Source of the DNA: a virus
Lineage: Duplodnaviria; Caudoviricetes
DNA length: 64,000 nt
Reading direction: 5' to 3' (one strand)
IMG/VR virus record: IMGVR_UViG_3300027029_000001
Coordinates: 2,966-66,965 of that record
Shown: piece after piece, positions 1 through 8,405 of the stretch
How the letters are laid out: every line of letters starts with the position of its first letter
How positions within the stretch are numbered: the stretch's first letter is position 1
Program-made: the position numbers and the translations under genes
Notes under the pieces: generated by a model
The model's input: the letters and a program-made list of their open reading frames with translations, nothing else
Databases searched by the model: none
Told to the model about the DNA's origin: nothing

Positions 1-2
1 CG

Positions 3-3000
3 CCGTTCTATCAGTCGTTCAACATTACCGGCTCTAACGTCCCGACCGCGACGGATACCCGCTCGGTCTACAACTCTGCCGGAAGCTCGACGCCGGTCGG
101 GACCGATCAGACCTGCATGACGAGCGGCGATACCTGCTTCGCCTGGTCGAACTTCAAAGGCTTTGCGGACGGCCAGATACCTTCCGGCGACATCGCCGTC
201 CCGTCGATCGGCGCTACGGCGATCCGCTATCAGGCTGATAGTTGCGTGTTCTGGAACGACGGCTCGCTGATGGGCTGCCGGTTCAAATATTTCTTGCCGC
301 AGCTCGCCGCCGGAGCCACCGAGCAAATCACCTACACGGCGACCTCGGGGAGCTACGACCACACGTCGAGCTGCACGATTTCGACGATCACCTGTGTTAC
401 GGGATCGAGCGACTACAAGGTCCACATCACCAACGACAATCAGATGGCGCGGACCCTGTCGTCGGCGTGGGGCAATACCGGGCAGTGGGTCGATTTCGGT
501 TTCTATGTCTCGGGAGGCTCTGTCACTTCCGGGTATCTTCGCCATCCAGAGCCGGCGCTCGATCAGAGCTGCAATCCCTGCGGGACGATGGGGCCGTTCA
601 CGATGTCGGGGTGCAGCACTACGAACGCGCAGTACACGATCACATCGAATTCCTCGGCGCCATACGACGCGACGGCAATCACGATCACCAATCCCGGCGC
701 CGGGTGTCCAGGTAACACGACCGGCCTCAGCAGCGGCAACGGCACCTGCGACTTCAATACGATCGCCGCTGGCGGTTCCGGGACGACCCTGCAACAGACC
801 GAAGAGGGGCAGTTAGAGGACACGTTTGTCGGATGGGGCGCATTCCTCGACGATTCCGCGAGCACGCCGGACACGTGGTTGCACTGTAAGATCATCGTCG
901 AGCGCTGGAAGTATGCTGATGGCACGACTTATGCCTTCCGAGCTGTGGCGATGGTGACGAACGGGGTCTACATCAACCACGGCTCGATCCCGATGAACGA
1001 CTACGACGCCGACTGGATGAACGGATCTACCGAAATCCGGGGCGCAAGTGACGGCTCGACAACGACATGGACCCGCATCTATCAATACGGTCAGACCGGG
1101 TGGGCGACATTGCGCCCCGATGGCCGGCCCGATTGGTCAGCCAACAGCGACGCGCTCAATGCCGTAATCTCGACGTTCACGACTGCCGATAAGCTTGACC
1201 TCAAAGGGTCGGAGTTGGCGACTCCGTGCTGCGACGAGACAATCCCGATCTCGACAAAGACACTTTCGGCCACCGGCAACCAGTCGATGTCGGGAGACGA
1301 AGGAAGCTATTACCCGCTTTGCTACTGCAATACCGACAGCGTGCCATCTTGGGAAGAGGGCGGCTCGCATCTTTTCCTCGCCCCGATGCCGTACAATTAT
1401 GCGAATTACTACCTTGCGGTGGACTCGGCATCGGATAAGGGGCTGTCCTTTCTGCAGAACATCCGACTGTCGGCGATCGGCACATGGGGCGCCATAGGCG
1501 GATCGGCTGAGCCGGCGACGGGCTACCCGGTCAACATGATCAGCTCGACGACATATCCGCTGCTGACGCCGACGCGGACTAGCGCCAACTCGCTGCCGCT
1601 GTCCGGCATCTACGACATGCAGTTTGTGGCCAACGGCGCGGGCTCCGTCCAGGTGGCTGCCGACCAGGGCGGAACCCCTGTCGAGCCGCCCTTTACTCAT
1701 TTCCCGTCGACCACGCTGCTTGCTGACTATCTGATTGAGGGCGATCCCTTAACCTTGGAGATGATGACCGCCGTCGCTGGGATTGCCCAGACGACCCCGC
1801 TGAGCTGGGCGGTCACTCTCAATGGCACATCGACCACCTATAATCCCGTCCCGTGGATGATGGGCCAGGGTACACGCGGCATGGCGTGGACTCTGGCCCC
1901 GATCATGAATGCCGCACGGTTCCTGCCGTCGTCACGGCCGGAGCAACCATACCTGGAAGCGGTCATGAAGGAGAGCTTCACGTTCCTTGATGCTTACTGG
2001 CCCTATGTCGGGTCCATGAACGTGCCGGAAGGGACAAACGGCACCAAAAGTTACGACATGACGGGCTTGGGAATTTTGCTAAATCCCAACAACTTGACCA
2101 CGGTTAACCCTGGCGTTGTCACGATGTCCACAATCCAGTGGCAGGACAGCTATCTGGCTTGGGAGATGATGCAGGCCGGCGTCTTTTGGGGCGGAAAGTA
2201 CAGCGACATCCTCACCGATGCCGGGTACTTCATGAACAACTACCAAGTGCCAAACACAGATGCGCCCTGCGCTTACGACTATAATTCCTACGTCGAACCA
2301 TGGGCTCAGAATGAGGCCGGCCTGCCGAATACAAACTGGTGCTCCAACATAGCTTGCTCGACTGTTGGCCGATATAACGTGAATGTTTTCTTCGGGTCCA
2401 ATTTCGACTCCGTGGCCGGGACGACAGATGTTTATGCGACGACCTGGAATTGGGCGAACGGGGAATACGCCGGCAATAGCGCTGGGGGCTCGACCTCGCG
2501 CACGACGGCGGCGGCCGGAATCGGCACCACGACGATGAGCATGGATGGTGCGATCTCTGCTGTTACCGGCCCTACGATGGTCATGGATTGCGGGTCAAGC
2601 GGATGCGGTCCAGGAGACAACAACGGGGCGATCCCGCCGAACACTGTCGCGACGATCAGCGGCAGCACGGTCGCGCTCTCAAATGCGATCGTGAGCCCCG
2701 GTGTCGCGAGCAACGACACGATCATGTTCTCGGGTTGGTACGACTACCCAACCGGATCAAGGGTCGCGATGCCGGCGCTGTCGTTGATCAAGCCAGTGAA
2801 CGTCTACGCTCAGAACGAAGGAACCCCCAACCCGTATAATCGCGGCACTTGGCCGCCGCCACCGCTCAGCGAGACAGGAACTTACTACTGGTGCCCGGAC
2901 GCGACCTACCCGCTGCTCAAGGGCACCCTCTCAACGACGGCGGCGTGTCCCGGAACTCCCGTGACGTTCACGGAGAGCGACACATGGTCGGCAGGCTTCG

Positions 3001-3242
3001 TGGTCAATGCGTCGTGCCCGGCGATCAGCAACGGGACCTGGGAAGGCAGCGGATCATATCTGTCCTACGATGGCCGGTTTGCCACGTCGGCGGCGACTAT
3101 GAACATGGCCCATGCCCTCGGGTACAGTCCGACGCAGGCCGCAGCCGCGCATACGCTGATGATGACCGGCGTCGGAGGAAACTCGACATATGCGAATTAC
3201 CCCATGGAGGGGATCAGCTCCACTTACGGATATGGGCCATGA
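3..3242 (+). CDS. Large Cys/Thr/Ser-rich late protein, 5'-truncated; N-terminal RIFT-barrel-like region and a region resembling PcRGLX/YetA-type polysaccharide lyases; possible receptor-binding protein or depolymerase
   Basis: Frame is open from base 3 to the ATG at 117; motifs YQADSCVFWNDGSL, RGMAWTLAPIMNAARFLP and WQDSYLAW; 24 Cys; paralogue of 63056..64000. Lyase-like assignment is by memory of motifs only. Confidence 0.75.
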   Translation, partial: PFYQSFNITGSNVPTATDTRSVYNSAGSSTPVGTDQTCMTSGDTCFAWSNFKGFADGQIPSGDIAVPSIGATAIRYQADSCVFWNDGSLMGCRFKYFLPQLAAGATEQITYTATSGSYDHTSSCTISTITCVTGSSDYKVHITNDNQMARTLSSAWGNTGQWVDFGFYVSGGSVTSGYLRHPEPALDQSCNPCGTMGPFTMSGCSTTNAQYTITSNSSAPYDATAITITNPGAGCPGNTTGLSSGNGTCDFNTIAAGGSGTTLQQTEEGQLEDTFVGWGAFLDDSASTPDTWLHCKIIVERWKYADGTTYAFRAVAMVTNGVYINHGSIPMNDYDADWMNGSTEIRGASDGSTTTWTRIYQYGQTGWATLRPDGRPDWSANSDALNAVISTFTTADKLDLKGSELATPCCDETIPISTKTLSATGNQSMSGDEGSYYPLCYCNTDSVPSWEEGGSHLFLAPMPYNYANYYLAVDSASDKGLSFLQNIRLSAIGTWGAIGGSAEPATGYPVNMISSTTYPLLTPTRTSANSLPLSGIYDMQFVANGAGSVQVAADQGGTPVEPPFTHFPSTTLLADYLIEGDPLTLEMMTAVAGIAQTTPLSWAVTLNGTSTTYNPVPWMMGQGTRGMAWTLAPIMNAARFLPSSRPEQPYLEAVMKESFTFLDAYWPYVGSMNVPEGTNGTKSYDMTGLGILLNPNNLTTVNPGVVTMSTIQWQDSYLAWEMMQAGVFWGGKYSDILTDAGYFMNNYQVPNTDAPCAYDYNSYVEPWAQNEAGLPNTNWCSNIACSTVGRYNVNVFFGSNFDSVAGTTDVYATTWNWANGEYAGNSAGGSTSRTTAAAGIGTTTMSMDGAISAVTGPTMVMDCGSSGCGPGDNNGAIPPNTVATISGSTVALSNAIVSPGVASNDTIMFSGWYDYPTGSRVAMPALSLIKPVNVYAQNEGTPNPYNRGTWPPPPLSETGTYYWCPDATYPLLKGTLSTTAACPGTPVTFTESDTWSAGFVVNASCPAISNGTWEGSGSYLSYDGRFATSAATMNMAHALGYSPTQAAAAHTLMMTGVGGNSTYANYPMEGISSTYGYGP

Positions 3243-3496
3243 GCAGAAAGCCGGTCACTGAGCACGAGGGCAACGGTGCCGTGGTTGACGAGAAGTGCCG
3301 GCACTGCGGCGTCGCGAAGACGAGCTGGGATGCGCAGTCCTGCCATACGCGCTATATTGAGCCAATGCCGCGCGCGGTGCCGCAGTCGGTATTCGCCGAC
3401 TTGGGCGCGATCGGCGACCGGCTGGCGGAGATCAGGCGCGAGGAAACTGCGCAGCCGCTGACACTGGAAGAGCAAGCGAGGCACAAGCCGTCATGA
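3239..3496 (+). CDS. Hypothetical protein with CxxC
   Basis: ATGA overlap with upstream stop; MSRKPVTEHEG...KCRHCG. Confidence 0.6.
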   Translation: MSRKPVTEHEGNGAVVDEKCRHCGVAKTSWDAQSCHTRYIEPMPRAVPQSVFADLGAIGDRLAEIRREETAQPLTLEEQARHKPS

Positions 3497-3720
3497 ACCC
3501 AGGCGTGTTCGATGCTGAGGCGGTCGGCAAGCGCAGGCGCGAGCTGTTCCCGGTAGACGACCGCGCGCCCTACGACGCCGCCGGGCAGCCGAAATGGCGC
3601 GGCGGCACGCAGAAGGCGCATTGCGAGTATTGCCCGGTGCCGGAGGGCCAGGATTGCGTGAAGGTGTGCGTCGTCGAGCGCGAGGCGCAAGCGGCCAAGG
3701 ACGGGGTGAAAATATCATGA
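3493..3720 (+). CDS. Hypothetical Cys-containing protein
   Basis: ATGA-coupled on both sides; HCEYCP..DCVKVC. Confidence 0.6.
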   Translation: MNPGVFDAEAVGKRRRELFPVDDRAPYDAAGQPKWRGGTQKAHCEYCPVPEGQDCVKVCVVEREAQAAKDGVKIS

Positions 3721-4040
3721 CTGGCAAAGCGGTTTGCGCCGCCGTGCTGGCGCTGGGGCTTTCGGGCTGCACGGCCGCTGGCAGCCTCGGCGGAGCGGTC
3801 ACGGATGTTTCGAGCCAGATCGACCAGCTCCTGCCGCAGCTGATCATGGAAAAGGCGGTGGCGCTCCACAACCTGCAGGTCGGGCTGCAGCAGGTCAACG
3901 CGACGCCGGGCATGGTGACGACGGTGCCGATGGTCGGGACGACGGCTCCGGTGACGACCCCGATCGTCCCGGCAAACCCCGTCTCGCCGCCGACCGTGCC
4001 GTCGCCGACGTTGCCGACCGGCCCCACGCCCAACGGGTAG
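3717..4040 (+). CDS. Lipoprotein in lysis region
   Basis: MTGKAVCAAVLALGLSG-C lipobox; Pro/Thr-rich tail. Confidence 0.75.
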   Translation: MTGKAVCAAVLALGLSGCTAAGSLGGAVTDVSSQIDQLLPQLIMEKAVALHNLQVGLQQVNATPGMVTTVPMVGTTAPVTTPIVPANPVSPPTVPSPTLPTGPTPNG

Positions 4041-4046
4041 CGGCTG

Positions 4047-4391
4047 ATGTACGCCTACAACCCAAGCCCGGCCGAGACGGCGCTGCTCTGGCTCATTGGC
4101 GAGCGGGAGAGCAGTTGGAACCCGACCGCAGCCAACCCCGGAAGCTCGGCACGCGGCATTTTCCAATTCATTCTCAGCACATGGCAGTCCTTTGGCATGC
4201 TGGCTGGGGTTGACCTGACTGCGTATCCCTCCGCCGACAAGGCGCCGCAAGCGGTGCAGCAAGCGGTGGCGCTTCTGTTGCTCCGCGAGGTCGGGCCGAA
4301 CAGCTCGGAAAGCTGGCAGGCGAGCGGCCCTTACCCGACGTTCCAGGAAGCTCAGGGAATGCTTGCGGCGGTTGGGATAGCGAATCCATGA
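4047..4391 (+). CDS. Endolysin, lytic transglycosylase / lysozyme-like fold
   Basis: ERESSWNP...SARGIFQFILSTW matches SLT motifs with catalytic Glu. Confidence 0.85.
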   Translation: MYAYNPSPAETALLWLIGERESSWNPTAANPGSSARGIFQFILSTWQSFGMLAGVDLTAYPSADKAPQAVQQAVALLLLREVGPNSSESWQASGPYPTFQEAQGMLAAVGIANP

Positions 4392-4410
4392 CCGGGCAGG
4401 GGCCCTTCGC

Positions 4411-4740
4411 GTGAGCTGGTCTGATGTCTACATGGCCTCGATGTCGGGCGGTATCATTGTTTCCGCTATCATCTCGGTAGGCACCTTCATTCGCACCGGG
4501 CGGGCGGCACAGCGCGCGGAGCACGCAGCCCTGATGGCGGCGACGCACGCTCAGTCGGCAACCGAAAAGATCGATGGAGTCGCGAACGACATTCACAAGG
4601 TCGAGCTGGCGACCAACAGCATGAAAGACGCACTGGTATCGGCTACGGCAATGGCTTCCGACCTCGCTGGCGAGAAGCGCGGCCGGGAAGATGAGGTTGC
4701 GCGACAGGCGGCAGCGAGCGAGGCGAAGAGGGAAACCTGA
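4411..4740 (+). CDS. Membrane-anchored coiled-coil protein, holin/antiholin candidate
   Basis: GTG start; N-terminal hydrophobic helix GGIIVSAIISVGTFI; follows endolysin. Confidence 0.6.
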   Translation: MSWSDVYMASMSGGIIVSAIISVGTFIRTGRAAQRAEHAALMAATHAQSATEKIDGVANDIHKVELATNSMKDALVSATAMASDLAGEKRGREDEVARQAAASEAKRET

Positions 4741-4892
4741 TGGACCTGATCCTGATTATCCTGGTCGTCGTATTGCTCTGCGGCGGCGGTTTTGGCTACA
4801 GCCGCTGGGGCTATGGGGGCGGGTTCGGCATTGGCGGCCTTTTGCTGGTGATCCTGGTTATCTGGCTCCTTGTCGGGCACGGCCGGTTCTGA
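4740..4892 (+). CDS. Small membrane protein, DUF3309-like (50 aa, not in ORF track)
   Basis: MDLILIILVVVLLCGGGFGYSRWGYGGGFGIGGLLLVILVIWLLVGHGRF; TGATG overlap. Confidence 0.75.
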   Translation: MDLILIILVVVLLCGGGFGYSRWGYGGGFGIGGLLLVILVIWLLVGHGRF

Positions 4893-4935
4893 AAATTGTT
4901 AGCCATGAGCAATTTGGCAGATTTTCGGTATCGCC

Positions 4936-5361
4936 ATGACCGTTCGTAATGGTACATATGTCTCACGTAGTTTTCCTCTGTGGGCGTGGGGCGAGAACGC
5001 ATTGACCGCGTTGAAGGATGTCTCGCCTGGGGCCTCCATGATTGTGACGCTGGTCACTGGCACGGTGATGATCGTCGGCGCTGCGGTAGGGACGACCTGG
5101 CACCTGTCGGACGCGATCAACGCATCACAGCGCGCCAGTCAGTACGCCATCGACTCTGCCCTCAACCGGATCGCCGCCGACGAAGCCAAGGCGGCCTCGG
5201 TCGAAGAGCGGCTGACCTACGTCGAGAAGGAAGAGGCGGAGCACTACGCGAGCGACGTGAGCCGATGGGACAAGATCGACAGTCAGAACGCGATCATGCT
5301 CCAGGCCCTCGCCGACTTGAAGGTGCAGCTCGCGACGAAGGAAAACATTCGCGTGCGATGA
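4936..5361 (+). CDS. Single-TM coiled-coil protein, inner-membrane spanin candidate
   Basis: TM IVTLVTGTVMIVGAAVG followed by heptad-rich helix; directly upstream of a lipoprotein. Confidence 0.6.
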   Translation: MTVRNGTYVSRSFPLWAWGENALTALKDVSPGASMIVTLVTGTVMIVGAAVGTTWHLSDAINASQRASQYAIDSALNRIAADEAKAASVEERLTYVEKEEAEHYASDVSRWDKIDSQNAIMLQALADLKVQLATKENIRVR

Positions 5362-5609
5362 GGCTTCTGCCGGCCCTGCTGTTGCTCGGCGGCTGCACTG
5401 CGGCGACCCCGCCTGTAGCGTCGCCTCCACCAGAGCCCGCGCCAATCGTCCTGTTGCCCCCGCCGGCGCATCACTACCACGCCAGCCGCAGGGTGGTGCG
5501 CGACCACCATATCACGAGGGCGCTGCACGCTCTGGACGACGCCGTGAGGGCAAAGCGGAAAACGATCGAGCAGAAGGGCGACCGCGATCCGGGTAAAAAC
5601 CTCCAATAG
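5358..5609 (+). CDS. Pro-rich lipoprotein, outer-membrane spanin candidate
   Basis: MRLLPALLLLGG-C lipobox; PPVASPPPEPAP; ATGA overlap. Confidence 0.7.
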   Translation: MRLLPALLLLGGCTAATPPVASPPPEPAPIVLLPPPAHHYHASRRVVRDHHITRALHALDDAVRAKRKTIEQKGDRDPGKNLQ

Positions 5610-5626
5610 CCCAATGGCTCGGCTCG

Positions 5627-5635
5627 TGCTACAAT
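5627..5635 (+). promoter_or_regulatory. Extended -10 element (TGcTACAAT), 6 nt before the ATG at 5642
   Basis: Sequence match; no Shine-Dalgarno before 5642. Confidence 0.45.
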
Positions 5636-5641
5636 AGCCCC

Positions 5642-6361
5642 ATGCACACTCCGTTCCACCACCACGCTGATGCGGCAGTCGCCCAAACGGCTACCAATTC
5701 CGACATCGTGCAGATCGTTGAGAACATCAACGTGGTCATCAACAACCAGAAGAGCCAGGGCAGCGTAATCGCCGACCTGCAAAGCGACACTGCCGCCATC
5801 AAGGCGGCGATAGCCGCCCTGAGCCAGCTCGTCACCGCCACTGCCGCGACCCTGACAGCACTTTTGAACAGCCAGTTCGCCACCGTCAATTCGGAGCTGG
5901 ACGCAATCAGCGCCGAGCTGACGTTGATCGAATCGGAGGTCAACCCGACAATCCCCTACGCCCCGCCTGGGCAATATTGGAGTTCAGCAGACATGAGCAT
6001 CGTCACGAGCATCAATCTCACCGGCGGCGGATCGTCGGATGGGGTCCAGTGCGTCGATTCGTCTCCGACGCCGCAGGTCTTTCCCGGCTCGCAAATCACT
6101 TGGTCGATGCCGCTCAGCGAAGCGAGCCCGTCCGACCTCTCCGTGGCGCTCGCTTCCGATGGCGTCACCTTCACCTTCACGGCCGGCGCATCGGCTCCGA
6201 CCGAGTCGCCTACGCTGTTTGCGACATGGACAGACCCGGCCGGCGTTCAGCCGACGATCGTCTTCCCGGCGTTGACGGTCAACATCACGGCCGCCGTCGT
6301 CACGCCGCCCCCGACGACCTTTGTCGCGCCTGGGCAGTACGACGAAACGAGCGGCATGTGA
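5642..6361 (+). CDS. Coiled-coil plus beta-rich (Ig-like) protein
   Basis: Heptad-rich N-terminal half; YAPPGQY and FVAPGQY bracket a beta-rich domain. Confidence 0.75.
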   Translation: MHTPFHHHADAAVAQTATNSDIVQIVENINVVINNQKSQGSVIADLQSDTAAIKAAIAALSQLVTATAATLTALLNSQFATVNSELDAISAELTLIESEVNPTIPYAPPGQYWSSADMSIVTSINLTGGGSSDGVQCVDSSPTPQVFPGSQITWSMPLSEASPSDLSVALASDGVTFTFTAGASAPTESPTLFATWTDPAGVQPTIVFPALTVNITAAVVTPPPTTFVAPGQYDETSGM

Positions 6362-6417
6362 TCCGGCGAGGCGCGGCCAGGGCGGGTCGCGCCTTTCCGA
6401 TTCGCGGATCGGACTGA

Positions 6418-6648
6418 ATGACGACATCCAATTGGATGCGCTCCCTGGCGATGGCCTTCCTGGCTCTCGCGCTGATCGCCAGCGGCTTTGCGCCGGTCGT
6501 GCCGGGATACTATGCCGGCTACCTGACGGCGGCCGGGGCGGTGTTCACCGGCCTTGCGGGGCTGTTCACGCACCCGCCGGGGCAGGTTGACCCGCAGCAG
6601 CGCACCGGAGCCGTCGTGCCGATCAACCAACGTCAGGCCGGGCAGTGA
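6418..6648 (+). CDS. Two-TM holin-like protein
   Basis: 76 aa with two hydrophobic helices and a polar tail, at end of lysis cassette. Confidence 0.65.
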   Translation: MTTSNWMRSLAMAFLALALIASGFAPVVPGYYAGYLTAAGAVFTGLAGLFTHPPGQVDPQQRTGAVVPINQRQAGQ

Positions 6649-6649
6649 C
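6594..6649 (+). repeat. 56-bp direct repeat, copy 1 (3' end of holin-like gene)
   Basis: 53/56 identical to 8018-8073. Confidence 0.95.
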
Positions 6650-6878
6650 GAAAGACAAGATGGCTGACGACGCCAAGACGATCGATCCCAATGAGTTCGT
6701 CCGCCAGTGCGGTGAGCTTGGAAACAAGCTAACCGAAGCGCTTTTCGCTTATCCTAAGCCCGTTTCGGTCTGTGTGCTTCCTGGGGTGCTCGCGGCCGTA
6801 ATGCGAACCTTCAACTTGCCACGCGATATGGTGATCCGCATGCTTGACTCTGCGCTGGAGGACATCGATGCGATCTAG
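6645..6878 (+). CDS. Hypothetical protein
   Basis: GTGA overlap; followed by inverted repeat gaagggtcg/cgacccttc. Confidence 0.6.
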   Translation: MTKDKMADDAKTIDPNEFVRQCGELGNKLTEALFAYPKPVSVCVLPGVLAAVMRTFNLPRDMVIRMLDSALEDIDAI

Positions 6879-6957
6879 TATGGGAGAAGGGTCGAGACGT
6901 TCTCGGTCCCGACCCTTCGAACACATTCGATGATGATGCTGGCCAGTATCTATCTCA

Positions 6958-7040
6958 TGAGGCGTGGCTGATAGCAGCGGTCTTAAAAACCGTACCGGGA
7001 TCATCCCCCGGCGAGGGTTCGAATCCCTCCGCCTCCGCCA
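6958..7040 (+). tRNA. Atypical class II tRNA: Ser-type body, anticodon TAA (Leu), shrunken D-arm; possibly a pseudo-tRNA
   Basis: Acceptor TGAGGCG/CGCCTCC+G+CCA; anticodon stem GCGGT/ACCGT with loop CTTAAAA; variable stem CCGGG/CCCGG; T-arm GAGGG-TTCGAAT-CCCTC; D-arm only GCT-GAT-AGC. Confidence 0.8.
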
Positions 7041-7507
7041 GAGACTGACAGAATCGAAGGGGCGACCGTCATCCACGCTCCTATACCCCCTTACCCGCAA
7101 AGGCAGAGGTTGTGTCCTTTCTCGCACGACATATGGTCCTTGTCAAGGATCAACTGGAATTCCATCGCCGCATGGCAGACCGTTACGCGGCCCATTCCGC
7201 GCAAATCTCCACAAGACGACCCAAGCTTGGATTTGAGGAGTTGGTGGCAGAGCTTTCAGGCGAGGTGCACGTGGATGGTATGTACACGGGCGGCAACATC
7301 AACCAGCGAACAAGCGGGCCGATCGAGGTCGGTGGCCGCTCATCAGAGTCATATGCATGCAATATGATATAACAAAGAGTGTTTTGCCGACAACACTCGG
7401 CGGCGTTTGTGTGTCGTGATGCGCGGACACCTTGAACTAGGACGGGCGGGCATGAGATCGATTCGCGGGGGCCAGCGTTTGATCTGCATGCGCGCGTCTG
7501 TTAGGGA

Positions 7508-7810
7508 ATGGGTTATTTCATGACGCTGAGCACCACAACCCGACGCTCGGGAAAGTCGGAGCGGTACCGGCTGCCATCTGCGATCGCGCGTGAATTGGAG
7601 GAATATCTACGCGCCGTCGAAATGGGCCACTTCCCCATTTATGACGGGGATCGCATCATCGGCGTATTTGTTAGCGTTGACCAGTTTAACGTTCTTGTAC
7701 ACCTCGCGGAGCTTCTGGATGATCCGCGGATGGCAGCCGCCATTGCCCGGGAACCATCAAAAGAGGAAAACGATCGCTATCTCTCCCTAGACGAAGTTTT
7801 TGGAGGGTGA
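7508..7810 (+). CDS. Phd/YefM-like antitoxin
   Basis: PIYDGDRIIGVFVSVDQFNVLVHLAELLDDP pattern and LSLDEVF tail; start may be 7520. Confidence 0.6.
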   Translation: MGYFMTLSTTTRRSGKSERYRLPSAIARELEEYLRAVEMGHFPIYDGDRIIGVFVSVDQFNVLVHLAELLDDPRMAAAIAREPSKEENDRYLSLDEVFGG

Positions 7811-7846
7811 AGCAACAAATAATACTGGTCTTTTTGGGGCGGAGAC

Positions 7847-8017
7847 GTGTCTGCGATCACTTTAATTGGACCATACAACCCACAATTTCATCCAGACGTT
7901 GGCGCATATTTGGCTGGCCAGCAATCCGACGCGCCAACACCTACCGAAAAAGCTGACCTTAGGAATTTCTTCGTGGCCTTGCGGTCTGCGCCGCAGAGCG
8001 TCTCCGGATGGCGATCG
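7847..8017 (+). pseudogene. Truncated RelE/ParE-like toxin candidate, cut by repeat copy 2
   Basis: Downstream of antitoxin; YNPQFHPDV...KADLRNFFVALRSAP, after which the sequence switches to the holin-tail repeat at 8018. Confidence 0.45.
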
Positions 8018-8073
8018 GCAGCAGCGTACCGGAGCCGTCGTGCCGATCAACCAGCGTCAGGCCGGTCAGTGAC
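8018..8073 (+). repeat. 56-bp direct repeat, copy 2 (orphan holin 3' end)
   Basis: Encodes the same QQRTGAVVPINQRQAGQ* as copy 1. Confidence 0.95.
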
Positions 8074-8268
8074 CCAGCCGCTGACCTCGCGGCACGCGGC
8101 GGCGAGGCAAGCGCGCGTCGAATGTCGATAGCCCTCCCGCACGCTCTCGTGGACACGATCCCACTCTAGCTGCTCGACATTGAGGTCGAACATCGCCTTG
8201 GCGGCAACATCGACGACCTTCGGCGTTTGCAGGCCGGTAAGCAATCTTTGAAGAGAGGAGGACGGCAT
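8047..8268 (-). CDS. Hypothetical protein
   Basis: AGGAG RBS upstream of the ATG. Confidence 0.6.
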   Translation of the reverse strand: MPSSSLQRLLTGLQTPKVVDVAAKAMFDLNVEQLEWDRVHESVREGYRHSTRACLAAACREVSGWVTDRPDAG

Positions 8269-8295
8269 CGTGACTCCTATGGCGAGGGGGTGTGG

Positions 8296-8400
8296 CTAGT
8301 GCAGCGTAGGCGCTCGCCAGATCGACCGGCCGCAGATAAGGCAGCGCTCGCCCCGCCACTTGTGCCAGCCGAACAGCCGGCACTTCATCCAGGCGACCAC
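8296..8400 (-). CDS. 34-aa Cys/His peptide, DUF1660-like
   Basis: MVAWMKCRLFGWHKWRGERCLICGRSIW; C..FG.HKW..C..C pattern. Confidence 0.55.
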   Translation of the reverse strand: MVAWMKCRLFGWHKWRGERCLICGRSIWRAPTLH

Positions 8401-8405
8401 GGGGC

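Noticed and set aside
1-700. Terminal redundancy or direct terminal repeat with 63300-64000
   Set aside because: Similarity is at protein level with many substitutions and indels; these are paralogues, not the same locus
7013-7040. tRNA-Ser 3' end as the attP core
   Set aside because: It lies within a near-complete tRNA in the imported cassette and has no flanking arm repeats; 8595-8760 fits better. It could still be a relic att site of the donor
6958-7040. 8/4 or 9/3 allo-tRNA, or tRNA-Sec
   Set aside because: Acceptor and T stems are 7 and 5 bp; anticodon is TAA
7112-7372. Functional gene between the tRNA and the antitoxin
   Set aside because: No RBS or recognisable motif; may be a decayed fragment
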